From assembly GCA_051294905.1 (NCBI GenBank), contig CM119378.1:3970001-4034000 (forward strand): DNA of 64,000 bases, written 5' to 3'. Within the stretch, counting starts at the first letter, position 1. Every line of letters begins with the position of its first letter. Positions 37,701 to 50,634 of this stretch are shown piece after piece. Origin of the DNA: Botryllus schlosseri. Lineage: Eukaryota. The translations under genes were made by a program, and so were the position numbers. Under the pieces are notes generated by a model, which was given only the letters and a program-made list of their open reading frames with translations, had not been told where the DNA came from and did no database searches.

Positions 37701-40700
37701 AAACTATGTGAAGTGTATTGTCTCTATTTGCGGAAGAACATTTCAACGTAAATGGCATTTTCCCAATCTAGCGCCAACGTTTTAGCGCTTTGTTACTGTT
37801 TTTTTCGCGGGTCTCTTATCGTATTTTGACATTTTCGTTTATTTTTTTGCGAATGAAGATGCTGCCAGAATATAGCCCATGTCACCGTAACCGTCCTATT
37901 ATGTATTATGCATAGGTTTGATAATGAGACTTTCAAGTCAAAAAATATGCCTGGATTTGGAACTAATATTTTTGCATCATTTATACTAGTCCGGCACGTA
38001 CACTAATAAAAGGTTTAAGTCCGGCCCGAGACTTAATTGAGTTTGCCATCCCTGTTCTAGAGACACGTCCGCGAAGGTCCTGACCTTTTTTATTAGTCAT
38101 ATCAGAACGCGCGGGAACGCTGGCCTGTTTTTGTACAGAATAAATACGAAATTTTCAAATTTGTAGTAGTAACTAGTGATGAAATTTTTGGTGCACTCTT
38201 GATACGTCACAACAAGTTTAACTGTAGTCCGCACCAAAATATGTCTAAGAACACTGAGATGTAGCTTAACGTTTAGATTTGAACTGATAGTCCCGTAACA
38301 TTTACATCATATAGTTGAATTAGTCTGCGTAATTTCAGTATCATCTCATAACGCTAGCTGATTAACATCACAGGATCAATGGGAGAACGGGGTCAAGATA
38401 AAAATTCTGGCGTCCCTGATGTCATACCTACATCAATATCACCCGTGACAAGCGGTGAGTAATGCCTGTACTTAATATTCGTACCAATATTTTCCGTAGA
38501 AACCGTTGTCAGTTTACCCAATACATATTTTGCTCGCTGCGTCAATAAAAAACCAAAAGGTTTCGATAATTCCGAAAAAATCTCTATTGTTTCTCGATAA
38601 TGTATGAAACCACGCATTACAATAATCAAGTTTTTCATAGGATGCGCAACTTTGGCCGGAGGCGAGAATGTCAATCAAAAGTTCACAAAGAGCTCGGTTA
38701 GCGTCGTGGCCGGAGATGTGATCAATGTTGTTTACAACATCACACCAAGTCCCGCGAACCAAGGTGAGTGTATTGCTTTTTTAGTTAATTCGGAGCTTCA
38801 ACTGGGAAGAATTGTCTACTTCAGTGCTTCTCAACCTTTTTGAGCACGATCCGCAAAAAATTTCACCCGCACAAACCAACCGAAAATTGTTACAGAAAAA
38901 GAGAATGAATATTTTGTTTAGGTGTACAACAAGTATAGGCTACCGGATTAGGCTATCAGGTGTCTCATTAAAATGACAACTCTTTTCTCTCGTTTTGATT
39001 TCAACTATAGCGCACTAAACACTCTTCGGCCAAATAAGTATTTGGTTTTGTACAAGAGCTTCTAGTGCTTGGATGGCCAGGTCTTTGTAAGAACAATCCA
39101 GCACTACTATCCAAAATAAAGCACATTTGCCGTGAGTGAAAAATGCTTGCTGGCAGAAATCCTTTCTGAGATTAGGCTACGAGACCCTGGAGCTCGAGTT
39201 GGTCGAAGGGGTGAATAATCCACATGTTTGTTTTAATGCTTCTGTCTGGTCTGATTTATTGATAGATAAGCTCCAAATCTATTAAGGAGAGTAGGCACAT
39301 TAGAGATCGCTACCTTGTGATACGCTGTTCCGACTCGTGATTTATTTTAAATTTCTTATTTGCTGTTTCGTGGGTAAACGAGAAGAGCAAAGAAAATAAC
39401 CGAATATATCCGAATATATCTTGGTAATTATCTTGGTAATTATGATTAACACATAGAGTGAAGTCCATACATTATCTCCAAACGTTATACAGGAAATGAC
39501 AACCCGACACGACATGTGGTTTAATTTGATATGTGTATTGTGTATGGCAGGGGTGTCAAACTCAATTTGGGTCGCGGGCCGGATCCAAAAAGTTTTGATC
39601 GCTCGCGGGCCGGACCAGCCAAATGATTCCAATGTGTTACTTCCAATCCATAGCCTTGTTTTTCACTGGCATAGCATAATTATCAACGCTAGATGCAAAA
39701 TAGTATTTTACTTATATCACGGATCATCTGGATGGGCTCTATTCGAGCAACACAGTTATTCACAAACAACGGATATTGGCAAAAATTGGATGATCGGCCG
39801 ATTGAATACAGATATAAATCACTAAAACGGCGGCTCTAACGACGACATAAGTTGAAATATTTCTATAATGTTCCACCAGCATTAATCATGATGCATCGTT
39901 GGCCCTGCGTATTCTTGGTGAGGAGTACCAGAGATTGTAAACGTGGGCGTAAGAAATTTGTTCATTATTTTTATATGTCCTGACCAATTCACCATTCGTG
40001 TATCTCAAGAGACCGGCGCTGGGGATTTTTGGGTCAGAGTAAGGTAAACAGAAGTGCAACCTTCATTCTTCGTGTAGCTCCATGTATTTTACAACGGTTT
40101 CGCATTGTCATTTCCGCCGCTGTTAATATTGGTCCATTTTTCCAAAAGACTCTGAACTCAGTTTGCAGTTTTCTGCCTTCTCAGAATGTAATGTCAATGT
40201 CACCGTCTTGTTGCTGATGGTTATTTGGATTAGAGCTCAACACTGCCGACATCTGGTAATAATGTGGCCTATGATCAATTTGATCATGTTCGACATCACT
40301 GTCTTGCGTGATTATTAAATATTTACGTCGACGGATTTATTACTAATAATATCAACTTCAGTTAGATATGTGCTCAATTACATAATTTGCTCGGACTTTC
40401 TCGCGGGCCGGATGAAATGGTCTGGCGGGCCGTACGTTTGACCCCGATTGTGTATGGTGTGAAATACCGATAGGAAGGAAGGGCAACTCTAAACGGCAGA
40501 ATGAGCGGACCGCAGAACTGGCAGGACTTGCAATACTAAACAGCGAACAAAGCAAAACTTCGGGCTGAGCATACCGATACAAAATAGTCCAAATCTAAAC
40601 TGCGAACCGCGGAACATGTCATACTAAACGGCGAACCGGCAAACTTTCACAAAATTGGCAATGAAAACGACGAACCGCGTATTAGGCACATCACTCAATA

Positions 40701-42032
40701 TTCCTACTTTCTCAAGTGATTTTTTCCTGGACTTTGTTGAAGTTATATCTCATTAATAAATTTGACACGTAATGTACTCAGGTCAATTAGTGTAATTCTT
40801 CAACGTCTAGTTACGATACAATTTTATTTTTTTCCATGACTGGGGTATGTTTGGACTCTGTTCGTACTGCATTGCCACCCGTGTCTGGGGTATGTTTGGA
40901 GTGTGTCGGTACTCCGTTGCCACAAAGACATCATGTCTCGGTCATCATGCGGACATCATGCTTGAAGTGTGTTCGTACTGCATTGCCATACTCGAGGACA
41001 CCCAATAGCTACCCTATACAACAGTGGTCGGGAACCTACATATATGGCTCTTTTGGGTATATGATATGGCTCTTTAACACATTTTTAATTTTGTACTTTA
41101 TTTATCGATATTGCAGCAACTTGTTAGTAAATGTTCATAACCGCCAGAATAATTATTCTCGTGGGAGCATAAAAACATATATTTGAGAGGTCAAGACATT
41201 GGCGTATCCAGGGGTTGAATAGCTTTCTACGACTGCCGTTAAAATGTAGGCGTGTAGTGCAACACTTATGTTACCATCGAATACTTTGAGAATTGAGAAG
41301 TCGATCAATATTTAGATTTTCGGAATCAGTGCTATAGGTATATTAGATTAATATCAGTCATTACACATTCTGAGCTATTTACGATGAATTACGCTCTCAA
41401 TTAGTAGCCTACGAGTTTTTACACATAAAATATGGCGCTCACGACGAATCCCATATAGTGAGTTCGAATTGGTACTGCCACGACGTCACGAATTTTCAAT
41501 AGTGACGTAACAATTAATTATCATGTATGGCTCTTTGGGAGTTAAAATGGAAAATATATGGCCAACATGGCTCTTCAGCCGAAAAAGGTTCCTGACCACT
41601 GCTATACAAGATGTCCTTATTTTTGGTATACTCTTTATTGTAATTGAATAGTATATTCATATTGAAATGAACCCGAATACTCTTTATTGTCAAAAATGAA
41701 GACACCTAATGAGAAAGTAGGCCTATCCGTGGTCCGTCGTTTACATTGCGATCTTTTTCAAAGGCCGCACGGTCCACAGTTCCACTTGGTCCGCCGTTTA
41801 GCATTGCGAGTTCCGCTGTTTCGCGGTTTAGATTTGGGCTATTTTGTATCGGTCCGCTCAATCCGCAGTTCCGTTTGGTCCGCCGTTTAATATTGCGAGT
41901 TCCACCTGTTCCGCCGTCCGCTGTTTCCGTCGTTTAGATTTCATGAGCTATTTCGTTTTGGTCCGCTCGGTCCGCCGTTTAGTATTACACGTTCCGCTGT
42001 TCCGTGGCCCTCTGTTTAGAGTTGCCCGGAAG

Positions 42033-42078
<46 letters not shown>

Positions 42079-45000
42079 TTGTGTGTGTGTGTTTGTGTGA
42101 TACATCGTACAAGATATACTGATTCGACATAACATTTTGGAACGATTGGCTCAATAAAATTACAAGTCGTGGAGACGTGAGCAAAAGGAAAGCTGTCCGT
42201 GTGATATTGATGTACGTTGTACGTGTATACGAGACAAACTCTATCGAACTTCAGTCAAAAAATCGTTCACTGCGGCGTGGACGCGGGTCCGTCGAAAGAA
42301 TCATCTAAGCAGCAAATTGTACAAGTAACCTTCTGGAGTCAGATTAAACAAGTTCAACATCACAAAGACAATCGTCCTGCGTTATGGTGATACCGACGTG
42401 ATTGAAAGTCGAGAAAGCCACCATATAACGCAGAGCGAATGTCTTAGTGATCGTAAACTTTTTTGAGAGGCCATGGGAATGCTGAAAATCCGTCTCTCAA
42501 ACCTTCAAAGCTGTAATTAAAACTATGCAGTCGCAATCGCTGCTTAGGGAAGACTTGTTGCCGGCAGAGGGGTATATGAATATGTGATTACAAGAAAATC
42601 CCAAAGTGACCCGATTGATTTAAGTTTCTCATGCTATAGACAAGTGAGTGAGGGCGGTTTTTAGTTGGTTCAACAGAAGTCACCAGTTCTGAAAAGATAA
42701 TGGTGTTCCGTTCTCTACTGACAGTAAGGAGGTGTCGTATGTTGTTGCTGTGTATACAGGGTGAACTGGCAAATATGTATTGCATCGTTTTGGCGGGCGC
42801 TTTGATTGTTATGATCGGTCTTTGAAATTGGCGAGCCGAGTCATGACTAGAGTATTCACAACCCCCAGAAAACATATGCTTGGTAATTAGCGTAGTATCA
42901 ATCTCGAGGCATAGGCCTGCGTTACGTATGTGTGTCACATTTATGATTTGCAGATATGAAACTCATTTCATCGGCCGAAATACTGATGGAAAAGATGGAC
43001 GGAGTCATGAAAATTCAGGACCCTGTGGAAGGCGGTCCGCAGACATCGGGTTTGCTGGATGAGCTCTTGTAATTAATTGGGGCTTATTTTTTTGTGCTCA
43101 TGCATGCTGACGTATGAAACAAAGTGAATTATTGTCTTCATTTTTCGTAAGTAAAATTGATGGTAAATTGCATTTTGCCCACCCACCATTTTTAATTCGT
43201 GTACTACTCACGCATAGTGTTAATGCGGTATTCGATACCTCTTCTCCGTATCGCCGACTGTTGCAATACTGGTAGGGCATTATGACAGAACATATGGTAA
43301 AATGTGGCGCTAAGGTTGCGTGAAGAACCATTGTTCCATAGCAAAATCATCAATTGCAGTTTGCAGTCCATGTTACGGTGAGATTATTATGTTGATGAAA
43401 ATTAATTCCTCCTGAGAACGCAGGTCTCTACCAGTGGTGGGATCAAATCACTACCTTCGAGTCACGAGTCATTTCGAGTCATTGCACATTTTGACTCGAG
43501 TCAAGTCAAGTCAATTGCTTTTCGAAGGTGAATCCAGTGAAGTCAAGTCACTCGATTATTGGAGTTGACTCGAGTCAAGTCGAGTCAAGTCACAATTCAA
43601 GTCAAGTTGCCTTCTCGAAGTATGAGGCATGATTACGTCATTGCATTTTGCTAGGTGACCGAAATATAGATTGAGTGGTCATTGATTTTGAACCGATGAA
43701 CGAATAAAGAGTTAAATATACAAGAAGGCACTGTGTCGCCCACATAAACGTTGAACCGCTAAACTACGCAAGTAATTGCATAGCCTCAGTTTATAGTTAC
43801 CAGACAAAGTAGAGAAACGAATTGATAAGATGTAATACATTACCCAGTTAGAAATTGATATGATACAATTCGAGCCTGCGCCAATGGTTAAGGACTATAT
43901 AAACTACATTCGAATTCAATTTCAATAATACAAGAGGTTTGGTTAAGATAAGAACAGAGAACAGAAATATATATTTTGCTTTCAATGCAACATCCACTGT
44001 AAAAGAATATTTATTGAACTCGAAGACTTTTCGTGTGTCTCTTTTCAAGAGTTAAATTACTTTACTGCACTAGTTTACGACAACTTAAGCGGTAAGTTTC
44101 GATAACTTCGTTTGCGGTCAATTCATTTGCGGGAGAACAATTGCGGCTCAGTAAACCGCACGATTATTGAATGATTGGTTGCTCTTACGGGTTACAGTGT
44201 CTCGCGAACAATGCGGACATATGCAAGATACTGTGATTTTTATCGACACCGATTACTTGATGACTTGAAATTTACTCTTGAATTTTGCTCCGAGTCGCGA
44301 GTCAAGCCACATTTCTGATACCCCGAGTCAAGTCAAGTCAATTCATTTTAGCAAAGGGACTCGAGTCAAGTCAAGTCATACGAAAAAGGTGGCTCGAGTC
44401 ATCCCTACACTGGTCTCTACACCAACCGCACAGCTCAGTTTTCAGATTTTGGCAGTCGACGAGAGTGTATATCTCATACTTATCACTTGCAGATACGAAA
44501 GACAGTTCATCGGCCAGAGAACTGCTGAAATATCCGGACTCTTATGAAGGTGGTCCGCGGACATCAGGCCCGCGATACTGGTTTGGCGCTTTCTCAAAAC
44601 AATTCCCTTCAAAACGACAGCCTGCGGAAGAATCGGACGCGGCAGAAGCCTTGCAGAGATATCGAAACAAAGGAAAAGTGAAAAAGTGATTCTGCCATAA
44701 AGCCTGAAATCAAAACGTCGAAATGAAATCTATTGGCAGGTATTTCGGGACGAGAGGCAGTGACGTAGGACAGATGAAATGTCCGCATGGCATTTGCTCA
44801 ACGGCCTCCGACGATATCGTGGTCGCAGATGGCCGCAACAATCGGATTCAGGTTCGTTGTTTTGTTTCCACTACTCTTGTATGGCTGCAACATTCGTGCG
44901 TCAAGATCTTCGACGTGAACGGACAAGTGAAGGGAATCTTCGGAAGCTACGGACTGTCAGAAGGTCAATTCGACAACGTGTATGACGTATGCGTGACGTC

Positions 45001-46210
45001 ACGGGGACAGATTGTCGCCTCGGACCGTTGCAATGACCGAATCCAAATATTCGACGAACAAGGAAGGTTCGTTCGGGAGTTCGGTAGCGAAGGACCAGGT
45101 GATGTGTGCGTGCCCCGAATATTTCAATGACTTCTTTACCTCTGAATCAAAAGCGCACAAGTACAACACACGCGCGTCCACGTCGTCCAAATATCATATG
45201 ATCGACCGAAAAGATCATCGCTCCATCAAATATGCCGGACCTGATGTGTGGAACAGTATCCCGCCGGCCATCAGACAGTCGACGAGCATGTCCACATTCA
45301 AGTCGAAATACAAACAATTACTACTAAATAAATACAGTCCATCCTCAAGATTACCGGACCACGACTGACCTATCGATCTCGCTTCCCATGACATGCCGCC
45401 CTATTTCTTGTCGCATTCTTTTTCTATACTATCTTCTTTACTTTCATTCAGTGTGCATGCCTCCTCTTTACATCGCCTAGGCCAAGGTGGGTGTCAGATT
45501 CCATAGACTACTCCTTGTCGCTTCGACATCTTCCTGTCTTTTCATTGCATCGCATTTTTTGTGGTGTATTGAACTGATAAAATTGCTAATAAACCAATGA
45601 TGAATGATGAACATCACTTAGGTCGGTGATAGTGACGTCGATTTCGGTTCAGGAGACGGACAACTGAACCGACCTGGAGGAGTGGCAACGGACGACAAGG
45701 GTCTGATTTACGTTTGTGACTACAATAATCACCGAATTCAAGTCTTCTCGGAGAATGGAAAGTTCGTTCGGAAGTTCGGTTCGGTCGAAAAGCGTTTCCA
45801 AAAACCGAGTTTTCTTTCCATGACTTCAAACGGCAGAGTACGTGAGTCGTCAGTTCCATTTGAACTCTCGTGACCTTTGACACTTTTCGCAGGTCGTCGT
45901 CAGTGACTGCGACAATCACAGAGTCGTGGTTTGCGACTCGTACGGCCGCCATCTTGTCCAGGTCGGAACGAACGGGTCTCAGTTCAAGAAACCGCGAGGT
46001 GTCGCCACAGATGATCACGGCAACATTATCGTGTGCGACAGCGGCAACAACCAGGTTCAGGTTTTCACGAGCGACGGAGAGTTCGTATCTTGCTTTGGTA
46101 GCGAAGGTTCTAAGCCGGGAGAGACCAAGGAGCCGGATGGAGTTTGCGTTTTGTCAGACGGAGGAATCGTGGTCAGTGACTGGGGCAACTGCAGAGCACA
46201 AATCTTTTGA
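34769..46210 (+). CDS. Coiled-coil + NHL-repeat TRIM-NHL-like protein, copy C (start uncertain; possibly a young pseudogene)
   Basis: Exons (34715)34769-34819, 34882-34998, 35058-35199, 38374-38454, 38641-38763, 42954-43049, 44493-44685, 44740-44851, 44906-45098, 45653-45837, 45893-46210. The frame is open from ATG 34769 (about 536 aa). An in-frame TAA at 34742-34744 sits in the apparent coiled-coil exon upstream of this ATG. Confidence 0.75.
35838..37682 (+). mobile_element. Paralogous copy of the 948-2808 hAT element, with its nested element at 36134-37312
   Basis: Same ends and same nesting as in copy A. Confidence 0.8.
39548..40449. mobile_element. hAT-Charlie-like element
   Basis: Left end CAGGGGTGTCAAACT, degenerate right end, TSD GTGTATGG on both sides. 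Confidence 0.75.
40481..42027. mobile_element. TIR element with repeated subterminal motifs (GGGCAACTCTAAAC ends)
   Basis: 14-bp perfect terminal inverted repeat, inverted arrays of CTAAACGGCG/CGGAAC motifs and a flanking GGAAGG duplication. Superfamily unassigned. Confidence 0.65.
41022..41601. mobile_element. hAT MITE nested in 40481-42027
   Basis: CAGTGGTCGGGAACCT...AGGTTCCTGACCACTG with a perfect TSD CTATACAA. Confidence 0.9.
42035..42099. repeat. (GT)n microsatellite
   Basis: Visible dinucleotide run. Confidence 0.95.
43432..44412 (+). mobile_element. hAT element of the CAGTG.TGGGAT family
   Basis: TIRs and GAGTC repeats as in 948-2808, a perfect TSD GTCTCTAC, and absence from copy A. 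Confidence 0.9.
45113..45611 (+). mobile_element. 5'-truncated CR1/L2-group LINE in a small NHL intron
   Basis: Encodes PEYFNDFF...HKYNTR...SIKYAGPDVWNSIPPAIRQSTSMSTFKSKYKQLLL*, then a 3' UTR, AATAAA and an ATGA-repeat tail. The paralogous intron (8077-8132) is only 56 bp. Confidence 0.9.
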
Positions 46211-49200
46211 GAAACCAGATTCGAACGGGGCATGTTCCAATTCCAAGTTCTATTTGTTCACGTTTTCGCGCTATGGTTTTAAGTAGGCTATAGCCAGGGT
46301 AGGGTATGGTATGGAATATGGAAATGTGCAAGTATGGCAGGCCTATGGTATAGAAAAGTATGGTATGGCATTGTTTTTCCATACTTCTATACTTTTTCCA
46401 TCATTTGACAGTTTTGCCAGAACCATGACAATGATCCTACTTTCGATTTGTCCAATTGATTGCTTGCGGCAGAAAATCCCTCACTGTCTATGTTCATATC
46501 TCAAATTGAAATTCTTGACTCACCCACCGCGGTCGACATCTATATTTGAAGACAGAAATGTTGCGCAACGCGCATACGAAGGAAAATCCTATTAATGATA
46601 ATTATACCAATCTAAATATCATAAAAACGAATGATATTCGACCGCTGGCGCGCTAGAACTTGGACTTCGCTTATCGTAACTTCCACTTCGTAAATTACCA
46701 AGGGAGTTTTAAAATCGTACTCTCTGAGAATGTAGAAGCTACGTTATCAGTTTGTTGAACTTGGAAATAATTTCCTGTGCTTTCGTAGGATTATCATCAC
46801 GCAATATCTATTTGACATAACCATCACTGTAATTCAAAAGTATGTAGCCTGTCTTGAAGCGACACTGCGATATACCAGCCTCCAACACGCATTGTAAGTT
46901 GAAGAAATCTGGTTATCTCTGATAAAACAATGAACACCCGGATGTTGGCTCTATTAAAAGACAATTTGTAATCCATCGATGCAGCTGACGAGATGATCCG
47001 TAAGGATCGTATCGCTGCAACCTGCATTTTATTTTTTCAACGTAATAATTTCTCAATAAAAACTTTCTCTGTCTCCCTGTGTGACCAACAGCATACTCTA
47101 GCAGTCCAGCTATAGATCAACCAATCAGGCGTCGTCAGCGTCACTCCCCAGCCCGCTGCTACCCGCGGAGAATCCCTGTTGGACAAGGATATTCTTATTG
47201 CAACCTTATTGAACCCCACAGGACAAATGCCATCCCGCAGGGAAAATTATTTGCCAGTAAAGCAATACCAATTTGAAATCGTGTGTGCATTTTAGTTTTG
47301 GCGATTTCCATATCTTTTGACATGGCAGATATAGGAGGTCACGAAATAGCATAATGTGACGAAATCAATATACCAACGGGTCCGCCCGAAGATGTTCAAT
47401 TCTTATTCAGGGGTCCTACCTTTTCCAACACACCTCACTCAGCTGTACCTGTAAATCTGATTACGTGAGCAGAGAGGGGATAAAAAATTGATAGCAAAAT
47501 ATCTGCAATTCCCGATCATATTGGCCGATTCAAACACGAATTATATAATTTTTTCGCGCTTCACGCGTTTAGTCGAAATAAAGGCGACGCACTTAACATT
47601 TTAGACCCAATGTAGCTGATAAGTTGCAGGGAAAAAGCGTACAGGCTCAGCGGGGTTGAGGTGGTTCTGGGGGCCCAAAACCTACTTTTTTTTGGGCGGA
47701 GATGACAAAGTGCTGTTACGGTTCTGGTGGGGAATGAAGGCTCGGAATAAATCTGAAGTGGGGAATGAAGATAAAAAGGCTGGAAACCACTGCAATAGAG
47801 AAAACTTTCTTCTTAGGACTTATATAAACATGATGTTTCTGCAGCTTTTTAGCTATATATCATGACTCTACGACCATCGGTTGCCGAGATATGAAATTTG
47901 ACCTCCTCGTGGGCAGAAATTGGGGGGTTGCCAGCTGGCAAATGGGGACAACCCCCAAATTCCATTTTTATTGAAGTTTCATGTCACTTGTCGAAATTGA
48001 AGAACCCCCGTTTTTCGATTTAGAAAAAAAAGTCATTTTCACTCCACCCTGAATGAAAAGTGAAGCAGATGATATAAAAGGCAAGCGACAAAATGAGGTG
48101 GCAAGAGGCAGAATGCGAGAACGATGTTAGATCGTGGTCCGGCAACCCTGAAGGCTGACTAGTATTCATGTAGAAGAAATTGCGTATATTTCGACTTGAA
48201 TTCGGACATGCTCGACGACTGTCGATCGACTGATAGATTTTGCACTATGCGTGCAAAATTATCGGCATTCACACAGGTCACAATACTTATAATAGCATTT
48301 CAAAGGGGTACTGATACGTTAGGATCGCAGCCTTCACGAATGACTTTGATAAATCAATATAATATGAAAAATTATCCACCCGGCAATGAAAAACTGAAAG
48401 GACTGAATATTTATATGTATTATGTATGGATGTTGCGTATAGATATGGTGGCCTTTTGCACCATGTCTGTTCGTTGATGAAACTATGTTCCTATTGGAAA
48501 CGTGACACAATCCATCAGTTATTGACAGGCAGTATTATTTTAGCATATGCTCAAAATAGCCTATTTTTGGCATTTTTCAGATTCTATTATTGTCAGCATT
48601 TTTGGCAGCGAGAGTAAAAACCGAATTGACAACGGTGGGGGAGAGTCAATTCACCCAATACAAAACCGACTACTTCTGCAATATGTAATCCGAATAGTCG
48701 ATTTAATATGCACGCATAATTACCTGCATTCGCATGGATCACAATGCCACTTCTGATAACAATTCAAAATCGTTGCTGGCCCGTTTGGATCACAGCCCTT
48801 CTTCACTCGCTTACGGGACACAGTCTCTCAGTGCTGATTGCACAATATGCTGACATTGTCATCAACAAGTTAGAAGTAAATGGAATTATATATACGCATT
48901 GAGCTAAATGCAGTATGGGTCACGCGTGTCGGCTACATGAGGTAACAAAATGCCCGAGCAGTGGCAACAGGAAAATGCCCAGACATTGCGTTGCATCTAA
49001 AAATCACGGCTCTCATTCACGGATTCCAAAATATGATATTTACCAACGAAAACCCTGCTGTTGCGGGCAAGGACCATCTTCTTCCTAATCGCTGAATATC
49101 ATCTACATTCTACTACCTGGGTTGATCAATCCACAGTATATCGTAAATCCACATTTCACTACTCGACATTTTGGCCTCGACCCTACGATTTCCATTGGCA

Positions 49201-50634
49201 TTATATAGATCCCCTGAACGGTATACCGCGGCATTTCCGAGGGGTTCACTGACCTCAATTTAGGAATTTAGCGTTAGTCACTTTTTTGTCGCTTCATGCA
49301 GACTCATTTCAATATACTTGTTGACATTTCTATCTAAAACTTTGATAAAAATCTAAATTTTCAAAAAGCCTCACATTTGGCATTTTAAAATTTTTATTTA
49401 TGGCAGTTTTGGCATTTGGTTCCCGAAATGCCATAAATAACACGTCCTGATGTTAAGGCCTATATGATCGGGGAAGCATCTTAATTCGTGCCTCCCATCA
49501 TATTGTATTACTGCGCTGCCGTTGTAGAAGCCTATAACAAAATCGATTTTCACATAGCCTACCTTGGCAATTTTGATTGGGTTTCTGGCACCCTTACTAT
49601 GATAATATTTGTGGTTTAAGAGTTATTGCGATAATAGCATTCTACTGATACCAGTTATTATAAGTTGTGAGGTCGGGTCGTTACCCAGCAGTAGGACTAA
49701 TAGGCAGTCTGCGACTTCGGTACGATTGAGCCTTCTTGGTGCGGAAGATGGCTTTTTGCAGTTTGCACCTCAATATGTGTTGATCCCCGGCGGTTCCTCA
49801 TTCCATCGATAAAACCAATTTTGTCATTAAACTCAATTTGGCTGAAGACATATGCTGGGCCGAAGGAAATAGAAAGGCATCTCCAAAATTCAAATACACT
49901 GGAAACTGGCGCATGCCCGTTGCCCATGTAGTATGCGCTTTGATGAATTACGCAATCACAGATGAAGCTTGACTCGCATCTGTCTCTTCCTTCGCCTAAT
50001 TTGTGAACAACAAATGTGTGAATAACGTAATTTTCATTGTGAGGATCTTTGAAATTGGCCATTCACGAAGATCCATAGACAGACAGACTTTGAACGTTTT
50101 TACTGCTTCTTGTAGCCTACTTCTCATGACGATCACACAGTCACTGTCTCCCCTGACCATACACCACTAGTGGTGATCCAACACATCCTCTGTCGTTAAC
50201 CTAACAACGTAAGCACCTGAGGTCTTCTGCCTAGTGCCTACGCTACTACCTACTAGATCTCATTTTCAAATTTCGAAGGTAACGAACTGTGGATCCTATG
50301 CCATAACACCACTTCTGCACCATATCTGGCAGTTGATTGCACGGAATGCCCACACATAGCAACGATTCTTATTATATAATTTGAATCATACCAATCCATG
50401 ATAGACATAATTTCAGGCTGTTTTACCAATATATGATCCAATGTCGGTATCAATTGCTCTATATGTCATCCAACCACACAAAGCTTTTCTGCGGTGGTTT
50501 TCAATTGTCGTGAAATTTCCTCGACATCAGGTGGCGCTGTCGACGCACGCGGCTATGCATTCGCGCCGCAAATTGAATCATCTCTCCGCGCTGATCAGCA
50601 ATCCGAGTGGACTTGAAATGGAGATGTTGGAATC

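Noticed and set aside
41687..42184. Overlapping Arg/Pro-rich and CV/HT-repeat ORFs
   Set aside because: Translations of transposon subterminal repeats and a (GT)n microsatellite.
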